NCBI GenBank assembly: GCA_040385485.1
Contig: JAZKHJ010000020.1
Span: forward strand, 27,843 to 91,842
Length of the DNA: 64,000 nt
Direction of reading: 5' to 3'
Source of the DNA: Pseudomonadota bacterium
Lineage (GTDB): Bacteria; Pseudomonadota; Gammaproteobacteria; Burkholderiales; Burkholderiaceae_C
Every line of letters begins with the position of its first letter. Positions within the stretch are counted from its first letter, which is position 1. The notes below the pieces were generated by a model. That model worked only from the letters and a program-made list of their open reading frames with translations, made no database searches and was not told the DNA's origin. Shown piece by piece: positions 53,822-61,666 of the stretch. The position numbers were made by a program, and so were the translations under genes.

Positions 53822-55120
53822 ATGAACGCAGACACCCCCGGCGCACCCGTTCCCCAGACCGCGGTCGACACCACGACCGACGCCGCAGCCGCTTCGCGGC
53901 GCGACTTCATCAAGAAAAGCACCGCCATCGGCGGCGCCGCTTTCTTCTCCACGCTCGGCCACAGCGGTGTGTGGGCGGCCGGCTCCGATGCTCCCGAAAA
54001 GACCGAAGTCAAGATCGGGTTCATCCCGCTGACCGACTGCGCCAGCGTGGTGATGGCCGCCGAGCTCGGCATCGACAAAAAGTACGGTGTGAAGATCGTT
54101 CCCACCAAGGAAGCCAGTTGGGCCGGTGTGCGCGACAAGCTGGTCAACGGCGAGCTGGACATGGCACACGTGCTCTACGGCCTGATCTACGGCCTGCAAC
54201 TGGGCACCGCCGGCCCGAAGAAGGACATGGCGATCCTGATGAACCTGAACCAGAACGGCCAGGCCATCACGCTGTCGAAGAAGCTGGCCGAAAAAGGCGC
54301 GGTGGACGGCCCGTCGCTGGCCAAGCTGATGGCCACCGAGAAGCGCGAATACACCTTCGCCCAGACCTTCCCCACCGGCACACACGCGATGTGGCTCTAC
54401 TACTGGCTGGCCGCCGCCGGCATCGACCCGATGAAAGACGCGCGCGCCATCGTGGTGCCACCGCCGCAGATGGTGGCCAACATGCGCGTGGGCAACATGG
54501 ACGGCTTCTGCGTGGGCGAACCCTGGAACCACCGCGCCATCATGGACGGCATCGGCATCACGGCCAACACCACGCAGGACATCTGGAAGGACCACCCCGA
54601 GAAGGTGCTGGGCACCACAGCCGAGTTCGTGCAGAAGAACCCCAACACCGCGCGTGCGGTCACGGCCGCCATCCTGGAAGCCGGCAAGTGGATCGACGCA
54701 GGCCTGCAGAACAAGAACAAGATGGCCGAGACGATCGCGCAGCGCTCCTACGTGAACACCAGCGTGGACGCGATCAACCAGCGCATCCTGGGCCGCTACC
54801 AGAACGGCCTGGGCAAGACCTGGGACGACCCCAACCACATGAAGTTCTACAACGATGGAGCGGCCAACTTCCCCTACCTGAGCGATGGCATGTGGTTCCT
54901 GACCCAGCACAAGCGCTGGGGCTTGCTCAAGTCGCACCCCGACTACCTGGCCGTGGCCAAACAGGTCAACCGCATCGACATCTTCAAACAAGCGGCCACG
55001 GCCAGCAAGACCTCGTTGCCCAAGTCCGAGATGCGCAGTGCCAAGTTCATCGACGGCGTGGTGTGGGATGGCAAGGACCCTGCCAAGTACGCCGACAGCT
55101 TCAAGATCAACGCGGCCTGA
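53822..55120 (+). CDS. nrtA: nitrate ABC transporter substrate-binding protein (NrtA/NasF/CmpA family)
   Basis: 432 aa, with AAGGAG upstream. Has a Tat signal (SRRDFIKKSTAIGGAAF) and a KIGFIPLTDCASVVMA motif. Confidence 0.9.
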   Translation: MNADTPGAPVPQTAVDTTTDAAAASRRDFIKKSTAIGGAAFFSTLGHSGVWAAGSDAPEKTEVKIGFIPLTDCASVVMAAELGIDKKYGVKIVPTKEASWAGVRDKLVNGELDMAHVLYGLIYGLQLGTAGPKKDMAILMNLNQNGQAITLSKKLAEKGAVDGPSLAKLMATEKREYTFAQTFPTGTHAMWLYYWLAAAGIDPMKDARAIVVPPPQMVANMRVGNMDGFCVGEPWNHRAIMDGIGITANTTQDIWKDHPEKVLGTTAEFVQKNPNTARAVTAAILEAGKWIDAGLQNKNKMAETIAQRSYVNTSVDAINQRILGRYQNGLGKTWDDPNHMKFYNDGAANFPYLSDGMWFLTQHKRWGLLKSHPDYLAVAKQVNRIDIFKQAATASKTSLPKSEMRSAKFIDGVVWDGKDPAKYADSFKINAA

Positions 55121-55158
55121 TCGGGCCTTTTCCCAGTCACGTGCACCGGAGAGAAACC

Positions 55159-56067
55159 ATGGTCAGCGCCGTTTTTCATTCGCCACTGGAGGGGCTCGCC
55201 TCCAACAAGACAGAGCCGACGGCCACCGCTGCGGCGGTGCCCCGGCCGGCGCCAGCGCCGGTGGTGCAGGTCAAGCGCGGCTGGGACCTGCGCTTCCTGT
55301 GGACCGCCGTGTTGCCCCCGGTGCTGGGTCTGGTCTTCCTCATCACCGTGTGGGCGGTGGTGGCCGGCAACGGCTCCAGCGGCATTCCCACGCCGCTGGA
55401 GACCTGGAAACAGGCCATCGAGGTGTTCTCCGATCCGTTCTACCAGGTCGGCCCGAACGACCAGGGCGTGGGCTGGAACGTGCTCATGTCGCTGCAGCGC
55501 GTGGCCATCGGCTTCGGCCTGGCCGCAGCGGTGGGCATCCCGGCGGGCTTTGCCATCGGCCGCTTCGAGTTTTTGAGCCGCATGTTCAACCCGCTCATCA
55601 GCCTGCTGCGTCCGGTCTCGCCACTGGCCTGGCTGCCGATCGGTCTGCTGGTCTTCAAGGGTGCCAACCCGGCGGCCATCTGGACCATCTTCATCTGTTC
55701 GATCTGGCCCATGATCATCAACACCGCGGTGGGCGTGCAGCGCGTGCCGCAGGATTACATGAACGTGGCGCGCGTGCTCAACCTGAGCGAATGGAAGATC
55801 TTCACCAAGATCCTGTTCCCGGCCGTGCTGCCCTACCTGCTGACCGGCGTGCGCCTGGCGGTGGGCACGGCCTGGCTGGTGATCGTGGCCGCCGAGATGC
55901 TGACCGGTGGCGTGGGCATCGGCTTCTGGATCTGGGACGAGTGGAACAACCTCAACGTCGCCAGCATCATCATCGCGATCTTCGTGATCGGCATCGTGGG
56001 CCTGGTGCTCGAATTCGGCCTCATCAAGCTGGCCACCCTGTTCACGTTCGAGGAAGTGAAGTCATGA
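55159..56067 (+). CDS. nrtB: nitrate ABC transporter permease (NrtB/NasE)
   Basis: 302 aa from MVSAVFHSP. Has a BPD-transporter inner-membrane domain (SLLRPVSPLAWLPIGLLVF and the EAA-like region NVARVLNLSEWKIFTKILFPA). Confidence 0.9.
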   Translation: MVSAVFHSPLEGLASNKTEPTATAAAVPRPAPAPVVQVKRGWDLRFLWTAVLPPVLGLVFLITVWAVVAGNGSSGIPTPLETWKQAIEVFSDPFYQVGPNDQGVGWNVLMSLQRVAIGFGLAAAVGIPAGFAIGRFEFLSRMFNPLISLLRPVSPLAWLPIGLLVFKGANPAAIWTIFICSIWPMIINTAVGVQRVPQDYMNVARVLNLSEWKIFTKILFPAVLPYLLTGVRLAVGTAWLVIVAAEMLTGGVGIGFWIWDEWNNLNVASIIIAIFVIGIVGLVLEFGLIKLATLFTFEEVKS

Positions 56068-56870
56068 GCAACGCATCCCGTTACATCGAGATCCAGGGCG
56101 TCGAGCAGACCTTCAAGACGAAAAAGGGCAACTTCCCCGCGCTGCGTGACATCAACCTGACCGTGGCCAAAGGCGAGTTCGTCACGCTCATCGGCCACTC
56201 GGGTTGCGGCAAGTCCACCCTGCTCAATCTCATTGCAGGTCTGACCATGCCCACCAGCGGCGTGCTGCTCTGCGCCGACCGGGAAATCGCCGGCCCCGGC
56301 CCGGAGCGCGCGGTGGTGTTCCAGAACCACTCGCTGCTGCCCTGGCTCACGTGTTTTGAAAACGTCTACCTCGCAGTCGAACGCGTCTTCGCGGCCACCG
56401 AGACCAAGGCCCAACTCAAGGCCCGTACCGAAGCCGCGCTGGCCATGGTGGGCCTCACACCTGCCGCCCAGAAGCGGCCCGGTGAAATCTCTGGCGGCAT
56501 GAAGCAGCGCGTGGGCATTGCCCGCGCCCTGTCGATGGAACCCAAGGTCTTGCTGATGGACGAGCCCTTTGGCGCGCTCGACGCCCTCACCCGCGCCAAG
56601 CTGCAGGACGAGCTGCTCGAGATCGTGGCCCGCACACACAGCACGGTGGTCATGGTCACGCACGACGTGGACGAAGCCGTGCTGCTGTCCGACCGCATCG
56701 TGATGCTCACCAACGGCCCGGCCGCCACCATCGGCGAAGTGCTCACCGTGGACCTGCCGCGCCCGCGCAACCGCGTGGCCCTGTCCGACGACGCCAGGTA
56801 CCAGCAGTGCCGCAAGGCGGTGATCGACTTCCTCTACACGCGCCAGGCACACGTCGAAAAGGTGGCCTGA
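56064..56870 (+). CDS. nrtD: nitrate ABC transporter ATP-binding protein (NrtD/NasD type, no C-terminal NrtA-like domain)
   Basis: 268 aa. Shows an ATGA overlap with nrtB. Has Walker A (GHSGCGKST), signature (ISGGMKQRVGIARAL) and Walker B (LLMDEPFGALD). Confidence 0.9.
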   Translation: MSNASRYIEIQGVEQTFKTKKGNFPALRDINLTVAKGEFVTLIGHSGCGKSTLLNLIAGLTMPTSGVLLCADREIAGPGPERAVVFQNHSLLPWLTCFENVYLAVERVFAATETKAQLKARTEAALAMVGLTPAAQKRPGEISGGMKQRVGIARALSMEPKVLLMDEPFGALDALTRAKLQDELLEIVARTHSTVVMVTHDVDEAVLLSDRIVMLTNGPAATIGEVLTVDLPRPRNRVALSDDARYQQCRKAVIDFLYTRQAHVEKVA

Positions 56871-56871
56871 T

Positions 56872-56884
56872 CCCCAAAGTGGGG
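56872..56884 (+). promoter_or_regulatory. small hairpin CCCC[AAAGT]GGGG directly after the nrtD stop
   Basis: 4-bp GC stem with a pentaloop (A at position 1, G at position 4), 27 nt upstream of the next hairpin. Confidence 0.25.
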
Positions 56885-56911
56885 CGTGATCTCCGGCATG
56901 GAATTTGCGTG

Positions 56912-56929
56912 ATGAGACCTCAAGGCTAA
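56912..56929 (+). promoter_or_regulatory. hairpin AAGGCU[AACGAC]GGCCUU in the nrtD-narK spacer (candidate ANTAR-type element)
   Basis: 5 Watson-Crick pairs plus a closing U-G. The hexaloop AACGAC has A1 and G4 and is identical to the loop in the nirB leader. Confidence 0.4.
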
Positions 56930-57065
56930 CGACGGCCTTTCAGTTGCAGCAGGTTGCCGCTCCGGCGGCCCGTTGCACCCCATGCACCCGCACCCGGCAT
57001 TGCGATCCGGAAGTCTGCGGCGTGGGTCCCATCTCTCCCACACCCCTCTCACAAAGGTCCATGCC

Positions 57066-58280
57066 ATGGCGGGTTTCCGTACGTTCCTGAAAGCAGGCCA
57101 CAGCCCCACGCTGCTGGCCTCTTTCATCTACTTCACCTACTGCTGTGGCGTCTGGGTCACCAACGGGGCCATGGCCCCCTTCATCAAGGACTCGCTCAAC
57201 CTGAGCCCGGCCCAGCTCGGCGTGATGCTCTCGGTGCCGATCTTTGCCGGTGCGCTCATGCGGTTTCCGCTCGGCATCCTGGCGCAGTACATCGGCCGCA
57301 AGAACGCCACGCTGGTGGAAATGGGCGGCATCGCGCTGGCGCTGCTGTTCGGCTATTTCTACGTCGAGACCTTCAATCACCTGATCGCCATGGGCGTTCT
57401 GCTGGGCATCGCCGGCGCGAGCTTCGGCGTGGCACTGTCGCTGGGCTCGGGCTCCTTCCCCGCGCGCTACAAGGGCCTGGCCATGGGTCTGGTGGGGGCG
57501 GGCAACGTGGGCACCTCCCTGTCGGCCCTGCTGGCGCCGCAACTGGCACAGGCCTATGGCTGGAAGGCGGTGTACGGCATCGCCGCGGTGGGCCTGATGG
57601 TGCCGGTGCTGGTGATGATCTTCCTGGCCAAGGAACCCGACGACGTGGACAAGCACGCCGGCCTGCGCGAACACGTCGCCTGTCTTTTCGAGAAGGACGG
57701 CTGGGCCTTCAGCGTCATCTACGCCGTCACCTTCGGCGGCTTCATCGGTCTGGCCACCTTCCTGCCGAGCTACTACTACGACCAGTTCGGCGTGAGCAAG
57801 GTGCAGGCCGGTCAGCTCACCATGCTCGCGGCCTTCATGGGCGCGGCGCTGCGCATCTTCGGCGGCTGGATCTCCGACCACTGGGGCGGCATCAACACCT
57901 TGACGACGGTGCTCGTCATCATCTCGGTCTCGCTGCTGGCCTGCGGCCTGGCCGGTGGTTCTCTGGTGATCACCACGCTGCTGATGATGTTGTGTTTCGC
58001 GGCGCTGGGCGCGGGCAATGGCGCGTTGTTCCAGCTGGTGCCCCTGCGCTGGCCGCTGTCCACGGCCGTGGCCGGCTCCATGATCGGCGAGATTGGTGCC
58101 CTCGGTGGTGGCCTGGTGCCCAACGCCATGGGCCTGTCGCGCCAATATGCCGGCACCTATTTCTGGGGCTTCGCGCTGTTTGCGGTGCTCGCGCTGCTGG
58201 TGCTGCTGATGATGCGCTCGATGCAGATGCGATGGACGCGCACCTGGGCAGAGAAAGGTGGCCGCGCGCGCAGCGCGTGA
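57066..58280 (+). CDS. narK: MFS nitrate/nitrite transporter (NarK/NasA family)
   Basis: 404 aa from MAGFRTFLKAGHSP, about 12 TM helices. Glycine-rich NNP-family helices (GALMRFPLGILAQYIGRKN and AGNGALFQLVP). Located within the nitrate cluster. Confidence 0.85.
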   Translation: MAGFRTFLKAGHSPTLLASFIYFTYCCGVWVTNGAMAPFIKDSLNLSPAQLGVMLSVPIFAGALMRFPLGILAQYIGRKNATLVEMGGIALALLFGYFYVETFNHLIAMGVLLGIAGASFGVALSLGSGSFPARYKGLAMGLVGAGNVGTSLSALLAPQLAQAYGWKAVYGIAAVGLMVPVLVMIFLAKEPDDVDKHAGLREHVACLFEKDGWAFSVIYAVTFGGFIGLATFLPSYYYDQFGVSKVQAGQLTMLAAFMGAALRIFGGWISDHWGGINTLTTVLVIISVSLLACGLAGGSLVITTLLMMLCFAALGAGNGALFQLVPLRWPLSTAVAGSMIGEIGALGGGLVPNAMGLSRQYAGTYFWGFALFAVLALLVLLMMRSMQMRWTRTWAEKGGRARSA

Positions 58281-58289
58281 GCGCTTGCC

Positions 58290-60044
58290 CTACGTGGGCA
58301 GAAACAGCAGCCAGTAGATCAACAACACATTGAACAAGGCGCTGAGGCCCAGCAGCAGCTTCCACAACATCGTCGGATCGCGCTGCAGCAGCGCTGATGC
58401 CGGCGGCATGGTCAGCGGCCGGGACGCACCACGCTCCAGCGCCAACAGGAATTCCTCCGCGGTCTCGAAGCGCTGACTTTTGTCGCGCGCCACGGCTTTC
58501 TGCACCACATGGTCGAGCCAGATGGGCACCTCGGGGTTGTGGCGGCTGGGCGGCGTCGGGTCGCGGTAGTAGCGGCCCACCTGGTAGGGCAGCACTTCGC
58601 CATAGGGCAGCCGGGCGGTGAGCATCTGGTAGAGCGTGACGCCGAGCGCGAACAGGTCGCTTTGGGCGTCGGGCAGTTCGGGTTCGCCCTCGACGGCGCC
58701 GGCGGCTGCCTTGCCGTGGTGGCCCCATTGCTCGGGGTTGACGAAGCTGGGCGTGCCGGCGTGCAGCCGTCGCATGCTCTCGGGCTCACGCCCACTCAGG
58801 GCCACACCGAGGTCGAGCACGCGCAACACGCCGTCTTCGCCCTGGTGCAGGTTGGCGGGCTTGATGTCGCGGTGGATCACGCCCTGGCGGTGCAGCAGGC
58901 CGAGCACGCGCAGGGTCTGCATCGCGGCGCTGGCCGCCTGCACCGGCCCGAGCTTTTGCTGGCGATCCAGCAGCTGCTGCAGGGTTTCGCCGCTGTGCCA
59001 GTCGTACAGCAGGTAGCAGGCGCTGCGCGGCTGGTGGTTGGGCAGGGGATCGTGGATGGCGACGAGGTGGCCGGCCGCGCGCGAAGACATCATGCGTTTG
59101 GCGAGCCAGGCTTCGTGCGCGAGCATGGCGCGTTCGTCCTGGTCGTGGGCGCGCGCGGGGTGCAGTGTTTTCAAGGCGTAGAGCGTCTGGCTCTTGGGGT
59201 CGCGCACCTGGTAGAGCAGGTTGATGCCGTTGTCGGCCACGGTGGCGGTGACAGTGAAGCCGTCGATGCTCTCGCCCACCTTGAGCTTGGCTGGCACGGG
59301 CAGGCTCTGGGCGGCGCGGCTGGCGTCTTGCAGGTTGGGGCCTTGCAGATCGAGCACGCGCACCACCATGGCGGTCACGTTGTCGTCGCTGCCGGCGGCC
59401 AATGCCTGGGCCACCAGGCGCTCGGCGGCGGGCTGGGCGCCTGCGGCCTGGGCCACGCACTCGGCGAGCTGGCGCACGGAGAGCTTGCCGTGCACGCCGT
59501 CGGTGAGCAGCACGAAGGTGTCGCCCACCTGCAAATCACCTTGCACGTAGTCGACCACGAGGTGGTCTTCCAGGCCCACCGCGCGCAGGAGCTGGTGCTG
59601 CAGGTCGGGGTGGTTGACCACGTGGTCGTGCGTGAGCCGCAGCATCTGGCCCTCGCGCAGCAAATAGCAACGCGAATCGCCCACATGGGCCAGCGTGTAC
59701 GACTGGCCGCGCAGCACCAGCGCGGTGAGCGTGGTCAGGCCCATGGCGGGCTGCCGGCTGCGGTTGAGCCCGGCCAGCCAGGCGTTCTGCGCGCCGATGA
59801 TGCGGTCCAGCGCGACCGTGGTATCCCAGGTTTCGGGCGTGCCGTGGTAGTCACGCACCAGGCTGGTCACCGTGGTCTGGGCCGCTTCCCGCCCCATGCC
59901 ACCGGTGCTCACCCCATCGGCAATGGCCACGATGGAGCCCATGTCTTCCTGCCCCCCGGGCGGCAGCATGGCGGCGCAGAAGTCTTCGTTGTTCTCCTTG
60001 CGGCCCGCCAGGCAGACAAAACCGATGTCGATGTCAAAGGCCAT
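58290..60044 (-). CDS. bifunctional PP2C-type Ser/Thr phosphatase / Hanks-type Ser/Thr protein kinase with C-terminal membrane anchor
   Basis: 584 aa. PP2C metal-binding motifs are NEDF, IADGVS, GDSR, TDG and DDNVT (aa 1-232). The kinase has YALK (Lys292), HRDIKPANL (391-399) and DLG (411-413). A C-terminal TM is present (LWKLLLGLSALFNVLLIYWLLFL). The start lies 6 nt after the stop of the ANTAR regulator gene. Confidence 0.85.
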   Translation of the reverse strand: MAFDIDIGFVCLAGRKENNEDFCAAMLPPGGQEDMGSIVAIADGVSTGGMGREAAQTTVTSLVRDYHGTPETWDTTVALDRIIGAQNAWLAGLNRSRQPAMGLTTLTALVLRGQSYTLAHVGDSRCYLLREGQMLRLTHDHVVNHPDLQHQLLRAVGLEDHLVVDYVQGDLQVGDTFVLLTDGVHGKLSVRQLAECVAQAAGAQPAAERLVAQALAAGSDDNVTAMVVRVLDLQGPNLQDASRAAQSLPVPAKLKVGESIDGFTVTATVADNGINLLYQVRDPKSQTLYALKTLHPARAHDQDERAMLAHEAWLAKRMMSSRAAGHLVAIHDPLPNHQPRSACYLLYDWHSGETLQQLLDRQQKLGPVQAASAAMQTLRVLGLLHRQGVIHRDIKPANLHQGEDGVLRVLDLGVALSGREPESMRRLHAGTPSFVNPEQWGHHGKAAAGAVEGEPELPDAQSDLFALGVTLYQMLTARLPYGEVLPYQVGRYYRDPTPPSRHNPEVPIWLDHVVQKAVARDKSQRFETAEEFLLALERGASRPLTMPPASALLQRDPTMLWKLLLGLSALFNVLLIYWLLFLPT

Positions 60045-60050
60045 GCGATC

Positions 60051-61346
60051 TCACCCCATCAGCATCTGCATGCTGCGTTCGTATTCGGCCGAGAGCTGTT
60101 CGAAAGCTTCGAGCAGGCTTTCGCTGGCCGCCGCCAGGCCTTCGAGCCGCAGCAGCCGGTCGCGCCCCGCGGGGCGATGGATGTGAGCTGCGCCGGCGAG
60201 CACCTGTTCCCACTCCCGGGCCGCGACCTCCAGCGTGCGGCGGATCTCGGGTGTGGACAGGGGCAGACCGTTGAGCAGGGCCAGGCCCGACTCGAATTCC
60301 CGCTGCGCTGCGACCAGGGCAGCGTCACTGCCCGGCGCGCGCGCGCCGGCCTCTACCAGCGCCATCAGCGCGCATTTGGCAACACGCTGGGACAGCATGC
60401 GCTGGCGCCCGGCGATGTTGAGCAACTTCAGCGGCGGGGCCGACCCTGCGCTCTCCAGGCTCGCGGTCAGGCGATCGGCATCGTGCAGCAGGCGTTCGGC
60501 AAGTTCGTCCACCGGCAGCACCTGCGCTGCGGCGGGCTTGCCCTTGAGAGCCGGTTTGAGGCGTTGCCAGGTGGTCTCCACCTGGGCCAGCAAGTCGCCG
60601 AAGGTGGGCGCCGAGAGCGTCTTGCTCAGCAGCGCGATGTTGGCGTCGATGCGCTGGATCGAATCGTCCAGCAGCGCCTGCTGCTGACGCGTCTGCACCT
60701 CGGCCAGGCGCAGCAGGTACAGCTTGACCAGACGCTGCGAGAGCATGCGCAGCTGCCCGGCCCGGTTCACCCCTTCGGCGAAGTGGGCCGACTGGATGAT
60801 GTGCTGCGACACCTGGCCCAGCCGCTGGTTGCTGTGCATCGAGGCGGTGCGCAGGAGCTGAAAGGCGTCATCGTCGGACACCTGTCTCGCGCGCATCAGG
60901 ATGCCCTTGGCGCGCTCCACCATCTTGCGGTCCTCGAGCCGCTGGGACACATCGCGCAACTGTTCCTTCAACGCCTGCTCGCGCCGAAAGCGCGCCTGCG
61001 CGAGGTGGATGAGCGGGCGCAGGCGTTGTGCTCCGTAGCCGTTGACCACATAAGCGTGGATGCCGGCGGCCATGGCCTCTTCGATGTGGCCGGCATCGCT
61101 GTCGGTGGTGAACACGATCACGGGACAAGGTGCGGTTTCGGCCAGCGCCTGGGTGGCCTTGAACAGTGCATCGGCGCTCGCCGATACCTCGCAAATCACC
61201 AGATCTGGTGCATGGCGCACGGCGCCCTGCACCAGTTTGCTGCAGCCCTCTTCCTGCGCAAGGACCTCGATGCCCATGGCTTCCAGGTCGAGAGCGAGGG
61301 GCAGCGTGGCGAGGGGACCGCTCCGAAAAACCAGCGCAGATGTCAT
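60051..61346 (-). CDS. ANTAR antiterminator with N-terminal pseudo-receiver and two C-terminal PilJ/NarX-type (P-box-like) sensor repeats
   Basis: 431 aa from MTSALVFRSGPL. Has a CheY-like fold (aa 1-115), an ANTAR domain (LEDRKMVERAKGILMRARQVSDDDAFQLLRTASMHSNQRLGQVSQHII), then the repeats AGQLRMLSQR (60732-60761) and AGRQRMLSQR (60384-60413). No TM segment is evident. The track ORF extends 86 codons further upstream without support. Confidence 0.8.
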   Translation of the reverse strand: MTSALVFRSGPLATLPLALDLEAMGIEVLAQEEGCSKLVQGAVRHAPDLVICEVSASADALFKATQALAETAPCPVIVFTTDSDAGHIEEAMAAGIHAYVVNGYGAQRLRPLIHLAQARFRREQALKEQLRDVSQRLEDRKMVERAKGILMRARQVSDDDAFQLLRTASMHSNQRLGQVSQHIIQSAHFAEGVNRAGQLRMLSQRLVKLYLLRLAEVQTRQQQALLDDSIQRIDANIALLSKTLSAPTFGDLLAQVETTWQRLKPALKGKPAAAQVLPVDELAERLLHDADRLTASLESAGSAPPLKLLNIAGRQRMLSQRVAKCALMALVEAGARAPGSDAALVAAQREFESGLALLNGLPLSTPEIRRTLEVAAREWEQVLAGAAHIHRPAGRDRLLRLEGLAAASESLLEAFEQLSAEYERSMQMLMG

Positions 61347-61394
61347 AAGAATCAATGGCTTGTAAGTAAAACCGGGCCCGCCCCCAAAGGTTGC

Positions 61395-61410
61395 AGCATG
61401 CCGCGTGCCG
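61395..61410 (-). promoter_or_regulatory. candidate sigma-54 promoter for the ANTAR-regulator/kinase unit
   Basis: Minus-strand CGGCACgcggcATGCT with GG-N10-GC spacing, about 50 nt upstream of the ATG at 61346. Confidence 0.3.
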
Positions 61411-61457
61411 GGTCCGCGGCGCGCGGCACGCACACCGGAGAACACGTTTCGATGATA

Positions 61458-61473
61458 TGGCACACGTTTTGCA
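61458..61473 (+). promoter_or_regulatory. sigma-54 (-24/-12) promoter, distal, for nirB
   Basis: TGGCACacgttTTGCA, a full match to TGGCAC-N5-TTGCW. It would give a leader of about 230 nt before the nirB ATG. Confidence 0.6.
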
Positions 61474-61483
61474 TGGTTCACCT

Positions 61484-61503
61484 CGGACGTGACGAAGCGT
61501 CTG
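61484..61503 (+). promoter_or_regulatory. nirB leader hairpin A, CGGACGU[GACGAA]GCGUCUG
   Basis: 6-bp stem plus a closing U-G. The loop GACGAA has G at position 4 but G rather than A at position 1. Confidence 0.3.
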
Positions 61504-61527
61504 ACCCCGACCGCAGTGTCGCGGGAC

Positions 61528-61547
61528 TGTGCACAACGACGTGCGCA
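61528..61547 (+). promoter_or_regulatory. nirB leader hairpin B, UGUGCAC[AACGAC]GUGCGCA (candidate ANTAR-binding element)
   Basis: 7-bp stem with one U-G. The hexaloop AACGAC has A1 and G4. It starts 24 nt after hairpin A. Confidence 0.45.
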
Positions 61548-61666
61548 GCGAGGAAACGGGGCCCGCCATGGGCGCGCCTCAGCCCGGCTTCTCGGCCGGA
61601 ACAACCGAATATCCCTGTCTTTTTCTGGTGACCCGGCTCACAGCGCGCGTGCGCGCACCGGTCACT

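Noticed and set aside
56940-58145. 401-aa minus-strand ORF opposite narK
   Set aside because: It is a shadow frame (Arg/Gln/His/Gly/Asp rich). The plus-strand frame is a 12-TM MFS protein.
61347-61457. NtrC-type enhancer sites upstream of the nirB sigma-54 promoter
   Set aside because: TTGCAGCATGCCGCGTGCC and GTGCC-N15-GGCAC have the wrong half-site spacing relative to TGCACC-N5-GGTGCA, so they are not called.
58509-61631. 1040-aa plus-strand ORF
   Set aside because: It lies antisense to the PP2C/kinase and ANTAR genes, both of which have clear catalytic and domain motifs. Its composition is shadow-frame.
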